Below are positions 1 through 9,200 of a stretch of DNA of 64,000 nucleotides, piece by piece. A program made the position numbers and the translations under genes. Every line of letters starts with the position of its first letter. The first letter of the stretch is position 1. The notes beneath the pieces were generated by a model that searched no databases, was not told where the DNA came from, and was given only the letters and a program-made list of their open reading frames with translations. Source of the DNA: Candidatus Bathyarchaeia archaeon (GTDB lineage Archaea; Thermoproteota; Bathyarchaeia; Bathyarchaeales; Bathycorpusculaceae); NCBI GenBank assembly GCA_038880555.1, contig JAVZRN010000002.1:223264-287263 (forward strand). Direction: 5' to 3'.

Positions 1-1
1 G

Positions 2-1153
2 GAGAAGGGCATAAAAGAGGCTGTGGAGCAAGCCGTCAAAATTGCAAAGGCTTCATCGCCTAACAAGGAGTTTAAGGGCCTTCCAGAACCAGAAGCCTGG
101 AAACCTGTTAAGGGCGCCTTTGACAGGGCTACGGCTGAGTGCACGCCGAAGTTTAGGGCTGAAAGGGTTAGGGAAGCCATAAACAAAGCCCATGCCAAGT
201 CGCCTAAAGTGGCTGCCGTCGCCGGATATCTTTCAACTGGCTCATTGGGCTATGCTGTTGTCAACTCGCTGGGGGTTTCAGCATGGGCTCAGCTTTCATT
301 GGCTTACATGAAAACAACAGTTATATCAAAAGATGGGGAATCCGAAGGCTTCGGGGCAGCCCAACAATATTCCAGAAGGGTTAAAGACATCCAGCCAACA
401 GCCTTGGCTGAAGACGCTGCAGACAAATCTGTGCGGAGCCTACACCCGGTGAAGGTTGAGCCCGGCGAGTATGAGGTTGTTTTGTCGCCTTTGGCTGTGG
501 CTGTTCTTTTGGACTATATGGGTTATGTTGGTTTTTCAGCCAAAGCTTACCAGGATGGAGAGTCCTTTGTAAAATACGTGGCAAACCAGCAGGTCTTCGA
601 CGGCAAGCTGAACGTTGTTGACGATGCTAGAAACCCGAAAACGCTGTATGCTGTGCCAGTAGACGGCGAAGGAGTTCCAAAGAAACCCCTAGAACTTGTA
701 ACCAACGGCGTGGTTTCTGAGAAGAGCATTTGCTACAACTCTTTCACGGCGGGCAGAGAGGGCAAGAAAAGCACTGGGCATGCACTTCCGCCACTGGGCG
801 ACTATTATGGCGAGATGCCCCTACCCTATAACATGATAATGAAGCCCGGAGACGCCACACTAGAAGAAGCGATTGCGGAAACAAAGCATGGCATATTCGT
901 AACAACCTTCCACTACGTAAACCCTGTTGAGCCCACAAAACTCGTATTGACCGGGCTGACTCGAGACGGAACCTTCCTAATAGAGAAGGGCGAGATAACA
1001 AAGCCCATTGTTAACTTGCGCTTCACAGACAGCATGCTCTCAGCCTTAAAGGAAATTCCAATGATTGGAAAAGAGCTTGTAACCCTCGAAACCTCAACGG
1101 TGCCAATGGTTAAGCTGAAAAAACTGCGCTTCGTAGGCATATCAGCCTACTAA
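2..1153 (+). CDS. TldD/PmbA-family metalloprotease paralog, C-terminal part (5' end outside window)
   Basis: The frame is open to the window edge. The C-terminal core (GHALPP, GIFVTTFHYVNP, GLTRDGTFLIEKGEI, NLRFTDS) is paralogous to the PmbA-like ORF at 38759..40108. Confidence 0.7.
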   Translation, partial: EKGIKEAVEQAVKIAKASSPNKEFKGLPEPEAWKPVKGAFDRATAECTPKFRAERVREAINKAHAKSPKVAAVAGYLSTGSLGYAVVNSLGVSAWAQLSLAYMKTTVISKDGESEGFGAAQQYSRRVKDIQPTALAEDAADKSVRSLHPVKVEPGEYEVVLSPLAVAVLLDYMGYVGFSAKAYQDGESFVKYVANQQVFDGKLNVVDDARNPKTLYAVPVDGEGVPKKPLELVTNGVVSEKSICYNSFTAGREGKKSTGHALPPLGDYYGEMPLPYNMIMKPGDATLEEAIAETKHGIFVTTFHYVNPVEPTKLVLTGLTRDGTFLIEKGEITKPIVNLRFTDSMLSALKEIPMIGKELVTLETSTVPMVKLKKLRFVGISAY

Positions 1154-1172
1154 CGCTTTTACCCCCTCTTTT

Positions 1173-1850
1173 CTAAACGCGGAGAACAACCTTTTCCACA
1201 TACTTCCTCAAAGTTTCGGCAAATCCGGCAATGGCATCCGGCGGGTATGGTTTTAGGTTTTTGTATTCTTCGCTTAAAGTGTCGCCGGGAATAAATTGTT
1301 GTAGTGCATAGGTTTTTGCGTCTTTCGCGGTTTCGCCCATGCGGATTACGTCTGCTTCTTCCACAATTTTTGGCACCACGGTGGTTCTGAACTCGTATTC
1401 TATTTTGCCGCTTTTTAGCATCTCAACAGTTTTTAGGAGCGCCGCCGTGTCCTTTGCCCCTAGAAGGTGGTATTTTTCCGGCGAAGTTTTAATGTCCAAA
1501 GCCACGTAATCCACGTAGGGGAGGCACTCTTCCAAAACTGTTGGGTTTAAGCCGTTAGTGTCAAGTTTTACGGCTAAGCCTCGCTCTTTCAGCTTTTTTA
1601 GGAAGCGGGGCAGCTCCTTATGAATAGTTGGTTCCCCACCGGTGACGACGACGGCGTCCACATATTTTCGGCGTTCATCCAGTATTTGTAGGGCTGTCTC
1701 CTCATTTAAGAATGGGGGTTTTGGGTCGACAACTATTCGCCAGTTATAACAGTAGGGACAGCGCATGTTACAGCCTGGAGTGAAAAGCACAGAGGCTATT
1801 TTTTCCGGGTAGTCTATTAGGCTTGTTTTTTGTATGCCGCTGAACTTCAT
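1173..1850 (-). CDS. nrdG: Anaerobic ribonucleotide reductase activating protein (radical SAM)
   Basis: It has the CxxxCxxC cluster CNMRCPYCYN near the N-terminus. I start it at the internal ATG (1850), 7 nt after the nrdD stop; the 32 extra codons in the ORF track overlap nrdD. Confidence 0.85.
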   Translation of the reverse strand: MKFSGIQKTSLIDYPEKIASVLFTPGCNMRCPYCYNWRIVVDPKPPFLNEETALQILDERRKYVDAVVVTGGEPTIHKELPRFLKKLKERGLAVKLDTNGLNPTVLEECLPYVDYVALDIKTSPEKYHLLGAKDTAALLKTVEMLKSGKIEYEFRTTVVPKIVEEADVIRMGETAKDAKTYALQQFIPGDTLSEEYKNLKPYPPDAIAGFAETLRKYVEKVVLRV

Positions 1851-1857
1851 GGGCGGA

Positions 1858-3990
1858 TCACGCGCTGCCTGCTGGCACTGTTGCTGGTGGCAAGACAGCG
1901 GCTTTTTCAAAGGTTTTGCGGATGGTGAATTCCGCCTGTTTTCCATCGTTCCACTGGTCTACTGGGCGCAAGTAGCCAACAACCCTTGAGTAAACTTCGC
2001 AGTTGGCTCCACATTTTGGACACTGCTTGTGCTCGCCGCTTAAGTAGCCGTGGGTTGGGCAGACGCTGAAGGTTGGCGTCAACGTGAAGTATGGTAGGCG
2101 GAAGTTCCAAGCCACCTTACGCACAAGCTCGGCTGCAGCCTTCCATGAGTAGAGCCTCTCGCCAAGGTAGATGTGGAAGACTGTTCCGCCAGTGTAGAGC
2201 GTCTGAAGCCTATCCTGATGCTCCAAAGCCTCGAACAAGTCTGCCTCGTTGTCTACTGGAAGCTGGGAAGAATTCGTATAAAAGGGCTCCGCGCCCTTAG
2301 CCAAATACCTTTCATTAGCCACCTTAATGTCTGGGTATTTGCGCTTATCTATGCGTGCTAGGCGGTAGCTGGCGCCTTCTGCGGGTGTTGCCTCCAAATT
2401 GTAGATGTTGCCCGTCTCCTCCTGAAAGTCTGCAAGTTTCTCCCTCATGAAGTTCAGCACTTTAACGGCGAACTCCAGCCCGTCTGGTGTTGCGATGCCA
2501 TAGCCAAACAGGTTCAGTATAGCCTCATTCATGCCCACCAAGCCTATGGTTGAGAAGTGGTTCTTCCAATACTTTCCAAAGGTTTCCTTAACACCCCTGA
2601 GATAGCGTCTAGAATATGGGTACAAGCCCTTTTCTGTGAACTGTTCCAGGGCTTTACGCTTTATTTCTAGGCTGTCTTTGGCTAGCTCCATAAGCGCTTC
2701 TAGGCGCTCGAAGAATTCGTCCTCGTTTTTGGCTAAGTAGCCAATCCTTGGAAGGTTTAGGGTTACAACGCCTATGCTGCCGGTCAGCGGATTAGCCCCA
2801 AAGAAGCCTCCGCCCCGCTTTCTGAGTTCGCGGTTATCTATGCGTAGGCGGCAGCACATGCTTCTGACATCTTCCGGCTTCATGTCACTGTTGACAAAGT
2901 TTGAGAAATATGGTGCCCCATACTTGGCTGCCACCTCAAAAATTTTCTGGGAAACCGGCGAATCCCAGTCAAAATCTTTCGTTATGCAGTAAGTCGATAT
3001 TGGAAAAGTGAAAACTCTTCCTTTGGCGTCGCCTTCGCCGAGAACCTTTGCAAAAGCAGTGTTGAACATCTCCATCTCCTTCTCCATGTCGCCGTAGGTG
3101 GCGTCCATAACTTTCCCGCCAATTATTACTGGCTCATCACGCATGAATTCTGGGACCTTCAAATCCAACGTGACATTTGTGAACGGTGTCTGGAAGCCTA
3201 CCCGCGTTGGCACGTTCATGTTGAAGAAGAACTCCTGAAGCGACTGCTCCACCTCTTTCTGGCTTAGCCCATCATAGCGTATAAAGGGCGCCAGGTATGT
3301 ATCAAAGTTTGAGAAGGCTTGTGCCCCGGCGGCTTCACCCTGCAGTGTATAGAAGAAGTTTACTACTTGTCCGAGGGCTGTTCTGAAGTGCTTTGCTGGG
3401 ACGCTTTCGATTTTTCCCGGAACGCCGCCGAAGCCTGTTAAAAGTAGGTCTTTGATGTCCCAGCCTACACAGTAGGGTCCGAGAACGCCTAGGTCGTGGA
3501 TGTGGAAGTCTCCTGAAAAGTGGGCGTCTGCGATGTTTGGCGGATAAATCCGCGTAATCCAGTATTTGGCGATAACGGTTGATGACAGATAGTTGTTTAA
3601 ACCTTGCAGCGAATAGCTCATGTTGGAGTTTTCCTTAACCCTCCAATCTTCCATGTCAAGATACTGGTCCACAAGGTCTGCTTGGCTTAGGAGTCCAGCC
3701 AACTCCCTTATGTCTTGGTGCTGTTTACGATAGAGGATGTAAGCCTTAGCTGTTCTTGCATGCCCATTCTCTATGAGAATTTTTTCCACAACGTCTTGGA
3801 TTTCCTCAACCGTTGGGACGCCGTCCTCGCCGAAGCGCCTTTTAAGCTCAGCCACAACCTGGTCGCTTAGCCGTTTTGCTAGTTCGCGGTCTTTTCCGCC
3901 TACGGCTTTGGCTGCCTTCCAAATGGCATTTGTTATCCTCTCTTGGTCGAAGGGTTCTAACCTACCATCCCGCTTCCTAACAAACTTCAT
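1858..3990 (-). CDS. nrdD: Class III (anaerobic) ribonucleoside-triphosphate reductase
   Basis: It has an N-terminal ATP-cone (KRDGRLEPFDQERI), a C-terminal Zn ribbon (CPTHG...CPKCG) and the glycyl-radical motif SRVVGYL. Confidence 0.95.
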   Translation of the reverse strand: MKFVRKRDGRLEPFDQERITNAIWKAAKAVGGKDRELAKRLSDQVVAELKRRFGEDGVPTVEEIQDVVEKILIENGHARTAKAYILYRKQHQDIRELAGLLSQADLVDQYLDMEDWRVKENSNMSYSLQGLNNYLSSTVIAKYWITRIYPPNIADAHFSGDFHIHDLGVLGPYCVGWDIKDLLLTGFGGVPGKIESVPAKHFRTALGQVVNFFYTLQGEAAGAQAFSNFDTYLAPFIRYDGLSQKEVEQSLQEFFFNMNVPTRVGFQTPFTNVTLDLKVPEFMRDEPVIIGGKVMDATYGDMEKEMEMFNTAFAKVLGEGDAKGRVFTFPISTYCITKDFDWDSPVSQKIFEVAAKYGAPYFSNFVNSDMKPEDVRSMCCRLRIDNRELRKRGGGFFGANPLTGSIGVVTLNLPRIGYLAKNEDEFFERLEALMELAKDSLEIKRKALEQFTEKGLYPYSRRYLRGVKETFGKYWKNHFSTIGLVGMNEAILNLFGYGIATPDGLEFAVKVLNFMREKLADFQEETGNIYNLEATPAEGASYRLARIDKRKYPDIKVANERYLAKGAEPFYTNSSQLPVDNEADLFEALEHQDRLQTLYTGGTVFHIYLGERLYSWKAAAELVRKVAWNFRLPYFTLTPTFSVCPTHGYLSGEHKQCPKCGANCEVYSRVVGYLRPVDQWNDGKQAEFTIRKTFEKAAVLPPATVPAGSA

Positions 3991-3995
3991 TTAGT

Positions 3996-4439
3996 TCACC
4001 TAACCTCTTGAAGCACGCGACGGAAGTCCTCCGGCTCCTCAAATCTGCGGTAAACAGACGCGAAACGAACGTAGGCTACTCGGTCAAGGCTTTTCAAGTG
4101 CCTCATCACCAAGTCGCCAATTTCTTGTGATGTGACTTCTTCCTTGCCCATAGCCATCAGTTCCTGCCTAACTTTTTCGGCTAAGGCGTGGATTTGCTCC
4201 ATTGAGACTGGTCTTTTTTCGCAAGCTTTTTGTAAGCCCCTAACGATTTTGTTTAGGTCGAAGCGTTCAAGTCTACCGTCGCGTTTCCGCACCATCAACT
4301 CTATGGTTTCAATGTATTCGTAGGTTGTGAAGCGCTTCCCACAGTTGACGCATTCCTTTCGCCTTCTTATGGTGTTGTCTGGCGAGTCGCGTGTTTCAAG
4401 GGTTTTTATGTTCTCCGAGCCGCAGTAGGGACACTTCAT
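3996..4439 (-). CDS. nrdR: NrdR-type transcriptional repressor (Zn ribbon + ATP-cone)
   Basis: CPYCG...CVNCG zinc ribbon followed by an ATP-cone (VRKRDGRLERFDLNKI, VAYVRFASVY). Its stop is 5 nt from the nrdD start, so this is an operon. Confidence 0.9.
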   Translation of the reverse strand: MKCPYCGSENIKTLETRDSPDNTIRRRKECVNCGKRFTTYEYIETIELMVRKRDGRLERFDLNKIVRGLQKACEKRPVSMEQIHALAEKVRQELMAMGKEEVTSQEIGDLVMRHLKSLDRVAYVRFASVYRRFEEPEDFRRVLQEVR

Positions 4440-4456
4440 AGCGCTTCCGTCACGTG

Positions 4457-4472
4457 CTTCAATATATAGTGT
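4457..4472 (-). promoter_or_regulatory. NrdR-box-like palindrome (proximal), overlapping a TATA-like element
   Basis: cttcaatatatagtgt matches the consensus acaCwAtATaTwGtgt at 13/16 positions. It lies 18-33 nt upstream of the nrdR ATG. Confidence 0.45.
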
Positions 4473-4489
4473 TTAATTTTTATTTCCAT

Positions 4490-4505
4490 GCACTAAATGT
4501 AGTGT
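4490..4505 (-). promoter_or_regulatory. NrdR-box-like palindrome (distal)
   Basis: gcactaaatgtagtgt (CACTA..TAGTG inverted repeat) matches the NrdR-box consensus at 13/16 positions. Its centre is 33 bp from the proximal box. Confidence 0.45.
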
Positions 4506-4804
4506 GGCTTTTTAAACTTTATGCAACAAAAATGTAAACACCCGCCCAAACCAGAGCCATCAAATAACAAAATTCAGTGCTAATTAAATAGGGGGACAGC
4601 CAAAATTTTCAAGCATTTTGGAGGCGTCGTCAACCGAATAGAAATCATATTTTTAAAAGACTTTATTTTAGGGGTGCTCCACCTTTAAAGGGGAGAATTT
4701 TTCCCGTTAAAGAGCGTAAAAGCTAAAAAATTTTAAATATAGAAAATCTATGCTGAGCCTTGGTAATGTTTATTTCTGGCTTTGCGTCTTGTCAAAAACC
4801 GGCT

Positions 4805-5707
4805 ATGGATTTGAAAATTGTGGCTTTCCTACGTGAAGACGCCGCTAGCCTAGTTAGGCTGCTTAATGAGGAGTATGCCAACTCCTACGAATTTATCCCA
4901 TACACTGTTGAGAAACTTCTAAAAGAGATTGAGGAGCGAAACCTAACGGTTCTTGTTGCAAAAAGGGACAGCGAAATCTTGGGTTGCATAGCCTTTCACG
5001 CGGGGCATCATGGCGAGCACATTGAGTGGCTGGCGTCTTCGAAAGGCGTTCACCAGCAAGTTGTTGAAGAAATGCTTGTAAGTGAAGTTGAAAAGCGGAT
5101 TGTTGGCTCAGACCTTTCAGTAAGAGTTGATGCCGACAGCCCTAAAATGAGGTTTTGGATTGAGCGCGGCTACAAAGCCGAGGATGGATTCTATCACATG
5201 GTTGCAAGATTGGACGGCGTAAAACCATTGCCACCAGTTCCAGAAGGCGCCGTCATCAGAAGCCTAAAACTCAACGAGGAAAGGGCGCTTATCGAAACTG
5301 TTAACACCGGATATGGCTGGGAAAGGCTTAGGGAAGGCTTCATAGCCCAATGGAAAGCCGAACACCCGCCCTTTGACGAAAGCTGGATTCACATAGCCGA
5401 AATAGGCGGCAAAATAGTCTCAGCCGTGGCTTCAAGACCAGACACAGAATACAACAAACATTTTAAAGCCAGAAGGGGCTACCTTGGACCAGCCGTAACA
5501 CTGCCAGAATACAGAGGGCGGAATTTGGCTTCGGCTCTAACCCGCCGCGCCATGAACTTCCTATACGAAAAGGGAATGGACTCTGTGGCACTCCACACAG
5601 CCGAGAAGAACACGCCATCCGTAACCCTTCTGAAAAATTTAGGCTTCGAGGTTAAGCACATTTGGAAGTTTATGCACAAAAATATAGTTAAAATAAACAC
5701 GTTTTGA
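4805..5707 (+). CDS. GNAT-family N-acetyltransferase (two GNAT-like halves)
   Basis: The C-terminal half has the acetyl-CoA motif region YRGRNLASALTRRAMNFLYEKG. I start it at ATG 4805 (MDLKIVAF) rather than at the ORF-track start. Confidence 0.7.
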   Translation: MDLKIVAFLREDAASLVRLLNEEYANSYEFIPYTVEKLLKEIEERNLTVLVAKRDSEILGCIAFHAGHHGEHIEWLASSKGVHQQVVEEMLVSEVEKRIVGSDLSVRVDADSPKMRFWIERGYKAEDGFYHMVARLDGVKPLPPVPEGAVIRSLKLNEERALIETVNTGYGWERLREGFIAQWKAEHPPFDESWIHIAEIGGKIVSAVASRPDTEYNKHFKARRGYLGPAVTLPEYRGRNLASALTRRAMNFLYEKGMDSVALHTAEKNTPSVTLLKNLGFEVKHIWKFMHKNIVKINTF

Positions 5708-5746
5708 AAGGGTAAGAATGAAAAATCTGGAAAATACTGGAAAATT

Positions 5747-6214
5747 TTATGGGTGCTTCTGGACTGTCTTCTCAGCCTCCAACTCCTTCACCCTTGTTTC
5801 AATGAACTCCGCAACCTTTTCTTGGCTGTAGCGCTTCTCCTCCTCATACTTTCTAAGCTGCTCCTTGATGGTGGCTAGAACCTTGTCCATGTCAAAGGGC
5901 TTTAGTATGTAGGCGTCTGCACCGCGGTTGACGGCTTCTATGGCATTCTGCAGTGTCGGATAACCAGTTATAATTATTTTCCTCATCTTTGGCACAGTGT
6001 CCTTCATCTTTGTTAGAAGTTCTATGCCCTCCATGTCCGGCAAACGGATGTCTATCAGGGCTAGGTTGTAGACTTTTCGCTTGGTCTTCTCTATGGCTTT
6101 CTTAGCGTTTTCAGCTTCGTCAACAGCGTAGCCCTCCTCCTCCAGTATGGTTGTTAACACTTTTCTTATGTTTTCGTCGTCGTCAACAACGAGGATTCTT
6201 GCGTTTTCAACCAT
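5747..6214 (-). CDS. CheY-like response-regulator receiver protein
   Basis: ILVVDDDENIRK ... ALIDIRLPDMEGIEL ... ITGY. It is a stand-alone receiver, and its start overlaps the kinase 3' end by 49 nt. Confidence 0.85.
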   Translation of the reverse strand: MVENARILVVDDDENIRKVLTTILEEEGYAVDEAENAKKAIEKTKRKVYNLALIDIRLPDMEGIELLTKMKDTVPKMRKIIITGYPTLQNAIEAVNRGADAYILKPFDMDKVLATIKEQLRKYEEEKRYSQEKVAEFIETRVKELEAEKTVQKHP

Positions 6215-9200
6215 ATTTTTTCACCTCCCTCTTCTTTTATTTCGGGTTCTATTGGAAGGATTACCGTGAAGGTTGAACCCTCCCCTAAGGCACTTTCAAC
6301 TTTTATGGTGCCCCCATGGGCTTCAACAAAGCGTTTGCATATGGATAAGCCGAAACCCATACCCTTCGCCTTCGTGGTGAACAGCGGAGTCCAAAGCTTC
6401 TTCATGGTTTCCTTTGATATGCCAACCCCCGTGTCCGCCACTACAAACTCGACGTTAGCGCCTCTCTTCCTACACTTTATTGTTAGGGTTCCACCCTTAG
6501 GCATGGCGTCAACAGCATTCCTAATTAAATTCACGAGGACGCGCTTAACCTTCTCAAAGTCAACCCTTATCCTAGGAGCTTTGCGGACAACCTTCACCAC
6601 ATGAATGTTGCTTGGAATTTCAACAGAAGCTAGAGCATCTTCCACCAAAGCTTTAGGAGTTGTCTCAGTTATGTCAAGCTTTATTTCCCTCGAATAGTCC
6701 AAAAGGTCATTTATTATCTTGTTGGAATAGCCAATATTCTTCTCTATAAGGTTGAGCATCTCCATAACCTTTCCATCTATTGTCTGGTTTAGCCTCCTTT
6801 TGAGATAGTATGTGGCGCCAGCTATGCTTGTCAAAGGATTGCGTAAGTCATGTCCCACCATTCCAGCCAACTCGCCTATGACGGCTAGCCTCTGAGCCCT
6901 AAGCAGCCTGTCCTGTATTTCCCTCAGCTCCTTTGTTCTCTCTTCCACTTTTTCTTCAAGCTGGTCAGCGTATACTTGAAGCTCCCTTCTGGCTTTCTCA
7001 AGGCTTTCCATAAGCTCGGCATTCTCAATGGTTATAGCCGCCTGATGGAGGAAAAGCTCCAGCGGCATTAGGGATTCCCTTGTTGGCTTGCGCCCATCAA
7101 CAGGGTCGTCCATGCTTAAAATTCCAACTATTTTGCCTTCGGGCGTGCGTAATGGAGCGTAAAGCATGTCCTGCGGGTGCCAGTCCACCATGTTCTCCTC
7201 TGAAAGGCGGCTCGGGACGGCTGTGGTTATGTGTTTTTCAGCCTCTTCTAGTGGGATTTCTGGTGGGATGTGGAAGAAGTGCTCCCTAATCCACGGGTCC
7301 CTCCAAGGTATGTAGAAGAACTCACCAATCTTGTACTTCTCAAACTTTGAACCTAGGCGTTCCTTCCAAACGTGCCCTGGAGCCCTTCTCTCTTTAAGGA
7401 GTTTTATCTCCTCTTTTGTTAGGCCTACTGTGATGAGTTCTTTTCTTTCTAGGTTTTCGTCCACACGTCCAATTACAACTCTTCTCCAGCCGAAGCGTTG
7501 TATCGTCCTTGCTATTTCCTTAAGCCTTTTACGGGCATCCTTAATAGTCATTATTTTTGTGGAGCTTCTCATCAAGTGTTCAAGCTTTTCAGAGAGTTTT
7601 TCAAGGCTTTCTCTTTTCTCAAGGTTGCTTAATGCTATTGCAACGTGGGAAGCCAAAATCTCAAGAAGTCTCCTATCCTCTTCGTCGAAGGCTGCCAACT
7701 TTTCGCTTTCAACGTTTAATACGCCTAAAACACGGTTACCAATCTTTATCGGCACTGCGAGTTCAGACAATATTCCTTTCATCCCGGCGTCAACGTAGGC
7801 CTTTTCCTTCCTAACGTCTGGAACATAAACCGTCTTGCCAGTTTTTGCCGCCATTACAGTTATGCCCTTATCCCCGTCCAATGGGAGTATCAATTTCGGC
7901 GTGAAGCTTAATCCCCTTGTTTTAACCAGCTTAAGCTTTTTGCCGACAACTAGCATGAAGTCAACATTTTTGAATCCCAGAATCCTTTGCATCGCGTCTA
8001 GAGTTTTTGAGCAAACTTCTTCCACGTTTCTTGCCCTGTTTAAACTGCGTCCATAAGCGTTCAGCGCCGAAAGTTTCTCCCTTCTTCTAAGGTTGCTTAA
8101 TGCTATTGCAACGTGGGAAGCCAATAATTCAAGAAGCTTCTTATCCTCCTCTTTGAAGGCTGCTGGCTTTCTGCTCTCAACATTTAATACGCCTAAAACT
8201 TTCCTTCCAATTTTCATGGGTGTTGCAAGTTCTGATAGGATTTCTTCGCCGCCCAGTACGTAGGCTTTCTCCCTTCTAACATCTGGAACAATTATCGATT
8301 TCCCAGTTTTAACCGCTTTGACAGTTATACCCTTTTTTCCGTCGAGGGGCAGTTTAAGAAAGAAGACCTTCGAGTACCCTCTGTAGGCCACCATTTTTAG
8401 AAAGTTTTCTTCCACCATTAAGATTGAGGCATATTCAAAGCCAAGGGTTTTCTCCATAGCGTCTAAAGCCAGTCGATAAATCTCTTTGATGGATTTTGCA
8501 TCATTAAGCCTCTTGGCATAAATGTTCAGCTCTGAAAGCCTCTTCTCGAAAAGCTTTCTTTCCATCTCCAGTTTTACGCGTTCAGTTATGTCAAGCACTT
8601 GGGCTATAGTGCGTATCCAACCTTTGGCATCCCTTAATGTTACGGCTCTAACCTCGATTTCCCTTTCCGCGCCATCCTTCCTAACAATTTTTAGCCTATA
8701 CTCCGAAAGAACCTTCTCCTGATCTTTGTGTCGCCTTGCCTGCATGCAAAGCTTCTTGTTCGTGAAGAATGCCTTATACTCTCTCGTTAGAAATTTTCTA
8801 AAATCCTGTCCGACTATCTCCTCTTTTGGGTATCCGAGAATATTAGAAAGCTCATTGTTAGCGTAGGTAATTTTATAGTCGTCACCTATTATTGCTATGC
8901 CGTCATGGGAGTTTTCGACAATTGAGCGGAAGAGCTCCTCCCTCTCCACAAGCTTCTCTTCAATAAGCTTGTGTTCTGTTATGTCTCTGCTTACGCCAAT
9001 TAAGCCGGCGACGTTTCCGTTTCTGTCTCGGATTGGAACCTTAATGGTGTCAAAAATTCTCCTATTTCCTTTCTCGTCAACTGTTTGCTCTTCCACGCGG
9101 ACGGCAATGCCTCTGCTGAGTACTTCCTCGTCGCTTTTTCGGCATTGGGCAGCCAGATCATGTGGGAAAAGCTCTTCGTCCCTTTTTCCGATAATATCCT

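Noticed and set aside
6166-6214. 49-nt overlap between the kinase 3' end and the receiver gene, considered as a possible frameshift or fusion
   Set aside because: Both reading frames are complete and their motifs end or begin cleanly (HATPase before, MVENARILVVDDD after). An ordinary overlapping operon arrangement is sufficient.
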